Of a DNA stretch of 58,414 nucleotides, positions 32,884-44,232 are shown piece after piece. Location: assembly GCA_035289305.1 (NCBI GenBank), contig DATDXN010000015.1, positions 1-58,414 of the forward strand, read 5' to 3'. A program made the position numbers and the translations under genes. Numbering within the stretch: the stretch's first letter is position 1; every line of letters begins with the position of its first letter. This DNA comes from Patescibacteria group bacterium. GTDB lineage: Bacteria > Patescibacteriota > Microgenomatia > UBA1406 > HO2-37-13b. The notes below the pieces were generated by a model. The model was not told the origin of the DNA and ran no database searches. It saw only the letters and a program-made list of their open reading frames with translations.

Positions 32884-34389
32884 TTATTTATAGTGAAGCG
32901 ATATAAACTCTTCAACGATCCCCTTCAAACGCTCTTCTTCCTTTTTGCCGATTACTTTTTCTGTACGTATGCCGTTTAAAATTTTTTCTCCCCTTCCTGC
33001 AAAAAAAGTGAAAAACTTACTTTCAAATTCAGAAATGCGAGGCACGGGAATACCATCGAGATATCCGTTTACCGCAATCCATAAAATCACTATTTGATGG
33101 GAAGTATCCATAGGCTCGTGCTTTTTTTGCTTGAGAAGTTCGGTAATTCGTGCTCCTCGATCTATAAATTTTTTTGTCTCTTTATCAAGATCTGATTCAA
33201 ACTGCGCAAACGCTGCAAGCTCCGCATATTGAGCAAGGTCAAATTTCAGTTTTCCCGCAACTTGTTTCATAGCTTTTATCTGGGCAGTGCTTCCAACACG
33301 GCTGACTGAAGTACCGACGTTCACTGCAGGACGAATACCTGCATTAAAAAGATCTGTTTCCAGAAATATCTGACCGTCTGTGATCGAGATAACATTGGTG
33401 GGAATGTATGAGGAAACATCGCCTTCTTGCGTCTCAATAATAGGAAGAGCAGTCAGAGAGCCTCCTCCCTGTTTGGCATCAAGCTTGCATGCACGCTCCA
33501 AAAGACGGGAATGAAGATAAAAAATGTCGCCCGGATATGCTTCTCTTCCTGATGGACGCCTGATAATGAGTGAAATTTGTCTATATGCCCATGCGTGTTT
33601 TGTCAAATCGTCATAAATGATAAGTACATCTTTTCCCTGATCCATAAAATACTCTCCGAGAGAACAGGCAACATAGGGAGATATATACTGCATAGAGGCA
33701 GGATCTGAAGCAGCTGCCGCTACGACGATGGTGTACTCCATCGCTCCTTTTTTCCTCAAAAGGTTGACTGTTGAGGCAATTTTCGCGTTGCGCTGACCGA
33801 TGATATTGTAAATACATATGACATTATTGCCCTTTTGATTAAGGATTGTATCCATTGCAATCGTTGATTTACCCGTACCACGATCACCGATGATTAGTTC
33901 TCTTTGTCCCCTTCCAATGGGAATTAATGCATCAATAGATTTGATGCCAGTTTGAAGCGGCGTATCAACAGATTTTCGGTAAATGACGCCGGGAGCAATA
34001 CGTTCCACCGGGTAAAACTTTGACGATGTAATCATTCCTTTTCCATCTATCTCTTGCGCCATACTATTTACCACTCTTCCCAAAAAAGCATCACCAACGG
34101 GTACTGAAAGAATTCTACCAGTCGTTGCGCAGGAATCGCCTTCTTCAATCTTCAAATAATCTCCAAAAATAATAATGCCTACTTCGTCTTGTTTAAGGTC
34201 AATCACCAAACCATAAGTACCATCCTTGAATTCAACCATCTCCCCAAAACTCACATTTTTCAGTCCGTATACGGTCGCAACCTCATCTTTTATCTCATAT
34301 ACGACACCGATATTTCTCTCCTCGATTTTCGCCCGCGCTACAGAGAGTTCCTTCTCAATATCTTTAAAAAAAGTATCAATGACGCTCAT
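32884..34389 (-). CDS. atpA: ATP synthase alpha subunit
   Basis: [20 protein letters not shown] and [11 protein letters not shown] motifs. Confidence 0.97.
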   Translation of the reverse strand: MSVIDTFFKDIEKELSVARAKIEERNIGVVYEIKDEVATVYGLKNVSFGEMVEFKDGTYGLVIDLKQDEVGIIIFGDYLKIEEGDSCATTGRILSVPVGDAFLGRVVNSMAQEIDGKGMITSSKFYPVERIAPGVIYRKSVDTPLQTGIKSIDALIPIGRGQRELIIGDRGTGKSTIAMDTILNQKGNNVICIYNIIGQRNAKIASTVNLLRKKGAMEYTIVVAAAASDPASMQYISPYVACSLGEYFMDQGKDVLIIYDDLTKHAWAYRQISLIIRRPSGREAYPGDIFYLHSRLLERACKLDAKQGGGSLTALPIIETQEGDVSSYIPTNVISITDGQIFLETDLFNAGIRPAVNVGTSVSRVGSTAQIKAMKQVAGKLKFDLAQYAELAAFAQFESDLDKETKKFIDRGARITELLKQKKHEPMDTSHQIVILWIAVNGYLDGIPVPRISEFESKFFTFFAGRGEKILNGIRTEKVIGKKEEERLKGIVEEFISLHYK

Positions 34390-34663
34390 GTACTTTGTTC
34401 ATTAAACGAGTAATCATGCCATGCATCGAGGCATCTATATATGTTGAACCACATTGAATGATAAACCCCCCCAATATATCTTTATCCACTGTGTTTTGAA
34501 TTATTTTATTCCTCAAGAACGGAAAGTTCTGTGAAAAAGCTGAAATTTCTTGTTCTGACAGCTTATAGGCAGTCGAAATGGTCGCACTACGTTCTTCTTC
34601 CTCTTGTATTTTTGTGAGAACCAGACTTTTCAATTGCCTCTTAAGGCTTTCACTAATTTTCAT
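34376..34663 (-). CDS. atpH: ATP synthase delta subunit (C-terminal domain only)
   Basis: [22 protein letters not shown] motif; lies between atpF and atpA; about 95 aa. Confidence 0.8.
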   Translation of the reverse strand: MKISESLKRQLKSLVLTKIQEEEERSATISTAYKLSEQEISAFSQNFPFLRNKIIQNTVDKDILGGFIIQCGSTYIDASMHGMITRLMNKVHERH

Positions 34664-35174
34664 ACAGCTCACCTTTTGATGAAGGAGAATGTTTTAATTT
34701 GTCCAACAATCGCTGTGTCATTATCTCTTGTTCTTTTTCGTTAAAAAAATCTTTTAAAACAGAGCGTACCAAAAGTTCACTTGTCTGTAATGTGCGCATT
34801 TTTGCTTCTTTGTATAATTGTTGCTTTTCTTCCTCACGCATTGTTTTTTCCTGTTTTTTCAGGTGTTCGATCTCCTCATGGGCTTTTTGCAAAAGCTCTT
34901 CCTTCACTTTTATGGCCGCAGTTTTTGCTTCTTCAATGATATATTCTGCACGGCTTTGAGTTTCTTGAATTAGTTTTCTTTCTTTTTCTTGGAGTTTTTC
35001 CTCTTTATCTTTAAGATCCTCAAGTATCTTTTCTTTTTCTTGAGCCTGCTTTTTTTGTTCTTTGAGAAATCCAAAAAAATGTTTAGCAATATATTTTTTG
35101 AAAATCAAAAAAAATATGCCAAAATTAATAAGCTGCGCAATCAATAATTTATAATCTATTCCCAATGCTTCCAT
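34653..35174 (-). CDS. atpF: ATP synthase b subunit
   Basis: AQLINFGIFF TM segment followed by a charged coiled coil. Confidence 0.9.
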   Translation of the reverse strand: MEALGIDYKLLIAQLINFGIFFLIFKKYIAKHFFGFLKEQKKQAQEKEKILEDLKDKEEKLQEKERKLIQETQSRAEYIIEEAKTAAIKVKEELLQKAHEEIEHLKKQEKTMREEEKQQLYKEAKMRTLQTSELLVRSVLKDFFNEKEQEIMTQRLLDKLKHSPSSKGELYEN

Positions 35175-35181
35175 AAAATTT

Positions 35182-36153
<972 letters not shown>

Positions 36154-36161
<8 letters not shown>

Positions 36162-36462
36162 ATGGTTTCTCTTTTTCTGACGAAGGTGTCGCTAATTTTT
36201 TCAAATTATATAACGTCGATAGGGTGCCCACACCAATACCTATAAGCGTCAATAGTGGTTTCGTGTGAAACGCATTGTCCAGTACTATACCCAAAAACAC
36301 TCCACCTAAAAGGGGAGTAAGTAAATAATACCCCACATTTACATATTTTGCAAGCATATTTTTTTCTGTTTTCTTTGTTTTTTTCTCGTTTTGGGCTTTT
36401 ACATCAATATGATCTATTTCAAAATTCTTCCCTATTTTGTATGCTGTACGTTTTTTATCCAT
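36154..36462 (-). CDS. AtpZ/AtpI-family protein
   Basis: GGVFLGIVLD...PLLTLIGIGVG pattern; first gene of the atp cluster. Confidence 0.8.
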
Positions 36463-36473
36463 GAAATTAATTT

Positions 36474-39400
36474 TTATGTCGCGATCTGTTGCAGATCAAC
36501 CGCGTTTTCTACGAGAACATGCAATCTTTCTTCTTTCGTATCAATCCTTCCTTTCAAAAGTACGATTGCATGAGTTTTCCATAAACTGGCTGTTGAGGCA
36601 AAAAGCCGAGGAAAAACAATAGCCTCTACTGAACCTGTTTCATCAAAAATTGTCGCAAAAACCATTTCGCGATTGTCTTTCTTTGTCATTACTTTTTTGA
36701 GGCGAGAGATAGTACCTGCAATAATTTCGCTTTTTCCTGCATCGTGAGAGGAGATCTCACCAATCTTTTTCGTTATTTTTTTTGCAATAATTGATCTAAA
36801 TCTATCAAGAGGATTTTTGGTGAGGGAAAAGCCAATGAGTTCTTTTTCCATGACAAGAAGCTGTCCGTCTGAAAATTCGTCAACCTGTGGTACGAGATCA
36901 GTGAGATTTTTGTTTTCATCACCATCTGAAAAAAGACCAAACTGCCCATGTATTTTTTCACTTTTGCGCCGCAGTACATCTTCAAGCGCTGTCGGATAGT
37001 ATATAAGAAGTCCCGCTCTTGAGCCAAATTTGCCAAACGTACTAACCTTTATCAGACTCTCAATAGTCTTTTTATTGACTTTGCGCACATCGACTCGATA
37101 CAAGAAATCACGAAGACCTTTAAATGGACCATCATTTCTCGCAAGTAAAATCGAATCAATCGCAGCCTGCCCAACATTTTTTACTGCTGATAACCCAAAA
37201 CGTATCGCGCCTTCTTCTATCTTGTAGTCAAAATCTGATTTATTAACGTCGGGTGGTAATACTTTGATATCCATCACCCTACACTCTTCAATCGCCTGCA
37301 TCATTTTGATCTCCCGCAGTGTTCCTGCAACTCCTTGAAGCTCTGCAGAAAGGAGTGCGGTCATATATTCTATTGGATAATTTGCCTTCATATATGCAGT
37401 CCAATAAGCAATAAGAGCATAGGAGGCAGAATGTGGCTTATTAAAGCCATATCCTGCAAATTTCTCAATAAAGCCAAAAATTTTCTCAGCCAAACTAACC
37501 GTATAGTTGTTTTTTATACACAGGGTAATAAACTTCTCTTTTTCTTTTTTCATCAGCGCTTTTTTCTTCTTTCCCATTGCCATACGGAGAATATCCGCCT
37601 CACTCATAGAATATTTGGCTATTTTGTGGGCAATTTCCATGACCTGTTCCTGATATACAAGCACTCCATATGTTTCCTCCAAAATATCTTTGAGATCCTT
37701 ATGGAGATATCGAATTTTATGAGGAGCTCGCTTTCCTTCCAAAAAAAGTGGAATAAGATCCATTGGTCCGGGGCGATACAACGCAACCATAGCAGAAATA
37801 TCTGAAATCTTGGAGGGTTGGAGTTCTTTGGCGAGACGCCGCATTCCTTGAGATTCAAGCTGAAAAACACCAACAGTTTTTCCCGAGGAGATGAGTTCAA
37901 ATGTTTTTTTATCATCAAGGGGAATATTGTGAATATCAACTTTTACACCCCTCGATTTGTATACATATGCAATCGCATTTTCCAAAATGGTAAGATTGCG
38001 AAGACCCAAGAAGTCAACTTTCAGAAGTCCGATCGCTTTGTTATCAGATACTGCGTTGAGATCAAGACAGTACATATCATATTGTGTGATGATGCGCTCA
38101 CCCTTCACCTCACGCTGCAAGGGAACATATTCGGTCAGTTCGCGATCTGCAATAACGACTCCTGCGGCATGTACAGATGAGTGCCTGGCAAGGCCTTCGA
38201 CTTTGCGGGCAATATCGAGCACCTTTTTTGTATCCTCCTCACTTTGGTATGCAAATTGTAGCGTGGGATTTTCCTCAAGTGCTCGATCTATCGACATAGC
38301 AAACCCCTGCTTGCCTTGTGGAATCATTTTGGCTATTCTATCGCCCTGCGCATATGACATCCCCAGAGCACGGGCCACATCACGCACCGCCAGTCTCGCC
38401 TCCATTCTGCCAAATGTGATAATTTGAGCTACCTTTTCTTTACCGTATTTTGAGGTAACATATGCAAGCACTTCATCCCTGCGCAAATCTGCAAAATCAA
38501 TATCAATATCAGGTGGAGTAGGACGTTCTGGATTCAAAAACCGCTCAAATGGCAAGTTGTACTCCAGAGGGTTGATGTCAGTAATTTTGAGAATATAGGC
38601 AACAAGCGATCCTGCAACTGATCCTCTTCCCGGACCTACCGCAATATCGTGATCTTTTGCCCAATTGACAAAATCAGCAACAATCAAAAAATACGTGGCG
38701 TATCCTTTTTTGCTAATAATCTCAAGTTCATACTCTATTCTTTTCTCTATATCTTTTTGTGTTAAAAAACGCCCAGGGAGTTTCTCGTGAACTAAAGATT
38801 TCAGAAGTTTTTCCGGCGTATCATGATGGGATAGCGGATATTCGGGTAAAATCCATGAGCCGTGTGGAATCTCCAGATTACAAGCATCTACAATTTTTTG
38901 TGTATTTTCTATTGCTTCAGGAAGATCTATGAAAAGCCCTTTCATCTCTTCTTGGGATTTCAGGTAAAAATCAGGCATATTTATCATGGAAAGTGGCCTG
39001 TTTTTTTCCACGATAGTACGTTGTGTTTGAATACAGAGTAAAATTTCCTGTGCATATGCGTCCTCTTTATCAAGATAATGAACATCAGCTGTGGCAACAA
39101 GTGGTACTCCAAACTTCCTTGAAAATGAAATGAGCCCTTGGTTAATCATCTCTTGTTTTTCATCTTTCTGATGCCTCTGAAGTTCCAAATAAAAATTGTC
39201 TTTGTAAATTGAAAGATACTTCTCAAGTATCTTCTCGGCTTCCTTGAGGTGTTCACCCGCAACAAGGGTGGGAATTTCTCCTGCCATACATCCAGAAAGT
39301 GCGATAATACCATCACTATGATGGGTAAGTGTCTCAAAGTCTACTCGAGGTTTATAATAGCATCCTTCAAGATGCGCTTTTGTGACGATTTTCATAAGGT

Positions 39401-39698
39401 TTCTATATCCGGCTAAGTTTTTTGCGAGAAGAACGAGATGATACTGATCTTTGTCAACGTGTGGCTGCTTATCAAACCGAGAATTTTTCGCCTTGTATAT
39501 TTCAACTCCAATAATAGGTTTTATTCCTCTCTCTTTTGCCTTGAGGTAAAAGTGAAATGCACCATACATTGCCCCATGATCAGTCAAAGCAAGAGAAGTC
39601 ATACCTAGCCCAATAGCTTTTTCTACAAGGTCATTAATTTTGGGCAATCCATCAAGCAGTGAGTATTCTGAATGAACGTGAAGATGAGTAAAAAACAT
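36474..39698 (-). CDS. dnaE: DNA polymerase III alpha subunit
   Basis: HLHVHSEYSLLDG PHP domain, GRGS, PDIDIDF, YGFNKPHS and an OB-fold tail. Confidence 0.97.
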   Translation of the reverse strand: MFFTHLHVHSEYSLLDGLPKINDLVEKAIGLGMTSLALTDHGAMYGAFHFYLKAKERGIKPIIGVEIYKAKNSRFDKQPHVDKDQYHLVLLAKNLAGYRNLMKIVTKAHLEGCYYKPRVDFETLTHHSDGIIALSGCMAGEIPTLVAGEHLKEAEKILEKYLSIYKDNFYLELQRHQKDEKQEMINQGLISFSRKFGVPLVATADVHYLDKEDAYAQEILLCIQTQRTIVEKNRPLSMINMPDFYLKSQEEMKGLFIDLPEAIENTQKIVDACNLEIPHGSWILPEYPLSHHDTPEKLLKSLVHEKLPGRFLTQKDIEKRIEYELEIISKKGYATYFLIVADFVNWAKDHDIAVGPGRGSVAGSLVAYILKITDINPLEYNLPFERFLNPERPTPPDIDIDFADLRRDEVLAYVTSKYGKEKVAQIITFGRMEARLAVRDVARALGMSYAQGDRIAKMIPQGKQGFAMSIDRALEENPTLQFAYQSEEDTKKVLDIARKVEGLARHSSVHAAGVVIADRELTEYVPLQREVKGERIITQYDMYCLDLNAVSDNKAIGLLKVDFLGLRNLTILENAIAYVYKSRGVKVDIHNIPLDDKKTFELISSGKTVGVFQLESQGMRRLAKELQPSKISDISAMVALYRPGPMDLIPLFLEGKRAPHKIRYLHKDLKDILEETYGVLVYQEQVMEIAHKIAKYSMSEADILRMAMGKKKKALMKKEKEKFITLCIKNNYTVSLAEKIFGFIEKFAGYGFNKPHSASYALIAYWTAYMKANYPIEYMTALLSAELQGVAGTLREIKMMQAIEECRVMDIKVLPPDVNKSDFDYKIEEGAIRFGLSAVKNVGQAAIDSILLARNDGPFKGLRDFLYRVDVRKVNKKTIESLIKVSTFGKFGSRAGLLIYYPTALEDVLRRKSEKIHGQFGLFSDGDENKNLTDLVPQVDEFSDGQLLVMEKELIGFSLTKNPLDRFRSIIAKKITKKIGEISSHDAGKSEIIAGTISRLKKVMTKKDNREMVFATIFDETGSVEAIVFPRLFASTASLWKTHAIVLLKGRIDTKEERLHVLVENAVDLQQIAT

Positions 39699-39704
39699 AT
39701 TATT

Positions 39705-41024
39705 TCACAATTTTTCCTCGATTTTTTTTCGTATAATTTGTGCGTCAGCTTGTCCTTTCAACTCCCTCATGACCAAACCCACTAAAAACATGATAGCGTT
39801 TTGTTTCCCTCTTTTATAATCGTTGACAGCTTTCTCATTGGCTTCCAGGATTTTTTCAATATGGGAGACTAATTCTTCACCTTCAACATGTTTTTGTTCA
39901 CTTATTGCTGTAAGCGTCTTAACAAAAGCGGCGGGAGCAGTGTTCTTCACCATATGCGGTTTGTTAACCATAATATTGGCGATTCTGGCAATTAAGCGAG
40001 AATCAGCCACAAGAACACATCTTTCGAAAAATTGGAACTTTTTCTTGTCAGAGGCAATAATTAAAGCATTTTGATTGCTTATCTTGTATTTTTGCATCAG
40101 CAATGATCTTCGCATCTCAAATGTCGAACGTGCGTGAAGCAGTTCTTCGATTTTTTTCTCATGTGCGTTATCAAACTCTATGGGTGGTATGTCTGGTTCG
40201 GGGAAGTAGCGATAATCATGAGCTTCTTCTTTTGTTCTTTGGCTGTATGTTATTCCTTTTTTCTCTTCAAAACCTCGTGTTTCCTGTCGCGGCGAGCCTC
40301 CTTTTTGCAGAAGATCAATCTGTCTTTTTATCTCATATTCAATTGCCTGCTTCACAAATCGAAATGAGTTGATATTTTTAACCTCAACTTTATAATCTGG
40401 TAATTTTCCACCCGACTTTTGACTCCCCATCGAGATATTCGATTCAAGTCTCATGCTCCCTTTTTCCATATCTGCATCTGAAACTTCCAAATCTCTGATG
40501 AGAATTTGAAGCTGTTCCAAAAACATTTTCACTTCCTCTGCCGAATGAAAATCTGGTTCAGTCACAATCTCAACAAGTGGCACGCCCGAGCGATTAAAAT
40601 CTATAAGTGTCACCTCTTCCTCATGAAGCAATTTCCCTGTGTCTTCTTCTATATGAACCCTTCGTATGAGATGTTCTGTGTGACATCCATAAAACTCTAT
40701 TTTTCCTTCACTGCATAAGGGTTCGTCATACTGGCTGATCTGGTAACCTTTGGGAAGATCTGGGTAAAAGTAATGCTTTCTGTCAAATTTTGAACTCTGG
40801 TTTAGTCTGCAATTGAGAGCTTTTCCGATAAGCTGCGCATAATATATGGCTTTTCTATTGGGTACTGGCAATGCACCGGGAAGTCCAAGGCACACGGGAC
40901 ATGTCTGGGTGTTTGGTTTTTTGCCAAAATAGTTTGCGGGACATTGGCAAAACATTTTTGCCGCTGTGTTAAGCTCCACGTGAATTTCAAGTCCGATGAT
41001 AGGCTGATATGTAGACATAATCAA
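39705..41024 (-). CDS. gatB: Asp/Glu-tRNA amidotransferase subunit B
   Basis: IGLEIHVEL, YFYPDLPKGYQISQ and YRYFPEPD motifs. Confidence 0.96.
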   Translation of the reverse strand: MIMSTYQPIIGLEIHVELNTAAKMFCQCPANYFGKKPNTQTCPVCLGLPGALPVPNRKAIYYAQLIGKALNCRLNQSSKFDRKHYFYPDLPKGYQISQYDEPLCSEGKIEFYGCHTEHLIRRVHIEEDTGKLLHEEEVTLIDFNRSGVPLVEIVTEPDFHSAEEVKMFLEQLQILIRDLEVSDADMEKGSMRLESNISMGSQKSGGKLPDYKVEVKNINSFRFVKQAIEYEIKRQIDLLQKGGSPRQETRGFEEKKGITYSQRTKEEAHDYRYFPEPDIPPIEFDNAHEKKIEELLHARSTFEMRRSLLMQKYKISNQNALIIASDKKKFQFFERCVLVADSRLIARIANIMVNKPHMVKNTAPAAFVKTLTAISEQKHVEGEELVSHIEKILEANEKAVNDYKRGKQNAIMFLVGLVMRELKGQADAQIIRKKIEEKL

Positions 41025-42412
41025 TCTTGATATTTTTTTAATATTTGTTTCGTAACTCCGAAAAAATCAGTTTCTTCCTCATACTGATGGGCTAGGCGCA
41101 CTATAGTTTCCTCGTCAAAATGGCGTCCGATAATCTGCATACCGATGGGAAGATGATTACTATCCAACCCCACCGGTATGTTGATCGCGGGAAGTCCTGC
41201 TATAGCTCCCGGCTCATTGAGTATATCCATCATTTCTCCAAAAAAAGGATATTTTTCCCACTCCCCAATTTTCAAAGCTGTCATAGGAGTCGTTGGTGCG
41301 ATGATAACATCAACATCTTTATATACCCTCTTAAAATCTGCTCGTATCACCTCTCTGACTATTTCTGCCTTTTTGTAATACGCATCATAATACCCATGTG
41401 ACAACGTGTATGTCCCCAACATGATCCGTCTCTTCGCTTCCTGTCCCAAATACTCTCGACCATTACCATATCGTATACCGTCATATCGCGCAAGGTTGGA
41501 TGACACTTCAGCGCGCTGAATAATCGTATAGACTGATATAGCGTACTTTGGAGAAATAAGTTTGATTTTTTTGATGCGGTGTCCGTGCTTGCGAAAAACA
41601 TCCAAGGCTTCTTGCACCTTTGCGCTTACTTCAGGCTGGACATTGTCAAAATACTCATCAGAAACACCGATAGTTAATGGCTCCTTGTTTTTTAGGCACG
41701 ATAGATAATCTGGCACTGAAATAATTTCTGAAGTCGCATCGTATGGATCATGTCCAGCAAGTATCCCCAGCAAAAGTGCCGCATCAGAAACTGTGCGAGT
41801 GATGGAACCGGGACAATCAAGCGAAGATCCCATGGCAATGACGCCGTAGCGCGAGACCCTTCCATAGGTTGGTTTAAGCCCTACCAAACCACACCACGCA
41901 GCAGGTTGGCGAATGGATCCTGCAGTTTCTGATCCAATAGCTAGGGGGGCAAGATACGCACAAACTGCTGCAGCCGATCCGCCCGATGACCCGCCTGGAA
42001 CACGGGTAAGATCATGGGGATTTTTTGTTACGCCAAAATCAGAAGTTTCTGTGGATGATCCATGCGCCCATGCATCCATATTGGTCTTGCCAAGCAAGAT
42101 GCATCCAGCTTTTTTGAGTTTGGTGACCACGGTCGCATCATAGGGCGGGATAAAATCATTAAGAACTTTGGAAGATGCAGTTGTTCGTACTCCTTTTGTG
42201 CAAAAGTTGTCTTTGATAGCTATGGGCAAGCCAAAAAGGGGTTGTCCATTGCTCACATTCTTTTTTTCTTCGACTGTTGTCACATACGCGTTAAACTGGT
42301 TGTCATATTTTTTTATCCTTTTTAAAAAAAATTCCTGAAGCTCTGAAGAAGACATCTTCTTTGTTTGAAGAAGTCTGATTAGTTCTATTCCAGAAGTGCC
42401 TACTATATTCAT
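41021..42412 (-). CDS. gatA: Asp/Glu-tRNA amidotransferase subunit A
   Basis: IKDN, GGSSGGSAAAV and GSIRQPA amidase signature. Confidence 0.96.
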   Translation of the reverse strand: MNIVGTSGIELIRLLQTKKMSSSELQEFFLKRIKKYDNQFNAYVTTVEEKKNVSNGQPLFGLPIAIKDNFCTKGVRTTASSKVLNDFIPPYDATVVTKLKKAGCILLGKTNMDAWAHGSSTETSDFGVTKNPHDLTRVPGGSSGGSAAAVCAYLAPLAIGSETAGSIRQPAAWCGLVGLKPTYGRVSRYGVIAMGSSLDCPGSITRTVSDAALLLGILAGHDPYDATSEIISVPDYLSCLKNKEPLTIGVSDEYFDNVQPEVSAKVQEALDVFRKHGHRIKKIKLISPKYAISVYTIIQRAEVSSNLARYDGIRYGNGREYLGQEAKRRIMLGTYTLSHGYYDAYYKKAEIVREVIRADFKRVYKDVDVIIAPTTPMTALKIGEWEKYPFFGEMMDILNEPGAIAGLPAINIPVGLDSNHLPIGMQIIGRHFDEETIVRLAHQYEEETDFFGVTKQILKKYQD

Positions 42413-42416
42413 ATAT

Positions 42417-42707
42417 TTACATGATTTTTTTCACTGAAAAATACTGGTCTTTTTTGTGTTTCGTATTTGCAAGTGCTTGATCAGGAGATAGAATACGGAC
42501 AGGTGACGTTTGATCGTCAAAAAAAACATTCTGCTTTTTTTCTTTTTTCTCTACGTGTTGGTGAGTGATCTCTGACAAATTTTCTATATACGCAATGGTT
42601 TCGCTCAGTTGTTTTTGATATTGTGCGACTTCCTTTTCGGTCAATTTCACGTGAGCAAGATTCGCAAGATGCATTACTTCACCCCGAGAAAAGAGTTTTT
42701 TTGCCAT
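42417..42707 (-). CDS. gatC: Asp/Glu-tRNA amidotransferase subunit C
   Basis: VMHLANLAHV motif, size and position before gatA. Confidence 0.88.
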   Translation of the reverse strand: MAKKLFSRGEVMHLANLAHVKLTEKEVAQYQKQLSETIAYIENLSEITHQHVEKKEKKQNVFFDDQTSPVRILSPDQALANTKHKKDQYFSVKKIM

Positions 42708-42715
42708 ACTGTATA

Positions 42716-43618
42716 TTACATTTCCCGCAGTAATTTGATTCTTTCTGTAACCGGCGGATGCGTGCTAAAAAGTCCTGAAATCCATGAAAATGCAGAACTT
42801 TTTTTATGTAATGGATTTGCTATAAAAAGATGTGCGGTAGCATTTGAGGCAGTGTGAAGTATATGAGGATCTGTTGATATTTTCTCAAGAGCGCGAGCAA
42901 GACCATCAGGATTTCGGGTAAGAAGAGCGCCAGAGGCATCTGCCAGATACTCACGGCGGCGCGATAGTGCAAGCTGGACCAATGTAGCGACAATTGGCAT
43001 CAGAATTAAGAAAATGAGAAAAATAATGAAGAGTAAAGCTCCGCTGCGCCTGTCGCTTCGACTATCACGGCGCATTCCTCCCCACCACATACTGCGCATG
43101 GTCCAATCTGATACATATACCACCATCCCCACAAGTATAGAAACAATGCTCATGAGTAAAATGTCATAGTTTTTGATGTGTGAAAGCTCATGCGCAATAA
43201 CTCCCTCAAGCTCGCTTCGCTCAAGTTTCTCAAGAATTCCTGTCGTTGCTGCAACGACTGCATGTTTTGGATTCCTACCTGTTGCAAAGGCATTGAGCGC
43301 CTCATCTTCGATGACGTATAATCGTGGTTTTGGTAAACCCGCTGCAATGCTCAAATTTTCAGCTACAGTATAGAAGTCGAAATGTTTGTGTCTATCTGCA
43401 GGTCGCGCTCCCATCATGAAAAGAACCATTTTGTCCGAATAAAAATAGCTTGCCACCCCTGAAAAAAATGAAAATAAAAGTCCTAGTATAAAAAAAGTAG
43501 TGGGATCACCCACATATTTACCGATGAGGTAAAAGAAAAATGAAATAAATACCACAAAAAAAAAGATAATAAAAAAAGTTCTCGCTTTATTGCGTGCTAT
43601 TTGACTATAAATTGACAT
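42716..43618 (-). CDS. htpX: M48 zinc metalloprotease HtpX
   Basis: NAFATG, HELSH, SRRREYLAD and STHPP motifs. Confidence 0.93.
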   Translation of the reverse strand: MSIYSQIARNKARTFFIIFFFVVFISFFFYLIGKYVGDPTTFFILGLLFSFFSGVASYFYSDKMVLFMMGARPADRHKHFDFYTVAENLSIAAGLPKPRLYVIEDEALNAFATGRNPKHAVVAATTGILEKLERSELEGVIAHELSHIKNYDILLMSIVSILVGMVVYVSDWTMRSMWWGGMRRDSRSDRRSGALLFIIFLIFLILMPIVATLVQLALSRRREYLADASGALLTRNPDGLARALEKISTDPHILHTASNATAHLFIANPLHKKSSAFSWISGLFSTHPPVTERIKLLREM

Positions 43619-43634
43619 ACAACACTCTCCCTTC

Positions 43635-44189
43635 TCATGGAAATTTTACTTTTACTTCTTTCTTCTCTTCTTCCCGAGCTTCAAAAAACGCATCCTCGGC
43701 AAAATGAAATGTTTGCGCAATGACCGTATTTGGGAATGTTTTGATCTTCGTATTATAATCCAAAACTGTGCTGTTGTAAAACTGTCGTGAATATGCAATC
43801 TTGTCTTCAGTATCTTCCAATTGTCGCTGCAACTGCCGAAAATTCTCACTGCTTTTAAGCTCTGGGTACGCCTCTGCCACCGCAAAAAGTGATTTGAGTG
43901 CTGCGCTCACCATATTGTTTGCTTGCGCTTTTTCATCTACAGTGTGTGCTGACAGTAAATTTGATCGTGCTTTGGTTACTTTTTCAAACACTTCTTTTTC
44001 ATGAGTCATGTATCCTTTGACGGTTTCCACTAAGTTTGGTATAAGATCAATACGCCGTTTCAGCTGTACATCTATTCCCGAAAGCGCCTCTTTTATGCGT
44101 GTCCTCAGTATGACGAGTGCATTATACGTCCCCCAAATATATATAACCAACAAAACGAGAATTCCAATAATTATTATGCTGCTATTCAT
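43635..44189 (-). CDS. lemA: LemA-family protein
   Basis: [18 protein letters not shown] and SRQFYN motifs; AAGGAGGTGA SD before the ATG at 44189. Confidence 0.93.
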   Translation of the reverse strand: MNSSIIIIGILVLLVIYIWGTYNALVILRTRIKEALSGIDVQLKRRIDLIPNLVETVKGYMTHEKEVFEKVTKARSNLLSAHTVDEKAQANNMVSAALKSLFAVAEAYPELKSSENFRQLQRQLEDTEDKIAYSRQFYNSTVLDYNTKIKTFPNTVIAQTFHFAEDAFFEAREEEKKEVKVKFP

Positions 44190-44213
44190 ATAGATATATT
44201 CACCTCCTTTCAA

Positions 44214-44232
44214 CCCCGATTTAATCGGGGTT
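44214..44232. repeat. 19-bp micro-palindrome overlapping the polX stop codon
   Basis: Minus strand TT|AACCCCGATTAAATCGGGG|TT; 18/19 identical to 2585-2603. Confidence 0.8.

Noticed and set aside
36474-39698. Intein in DnaE (also considered for UvrA/UvrB)
   Set aside because: Lengths are normal and there is no C...HN-C/S/T splice-junction insertion.
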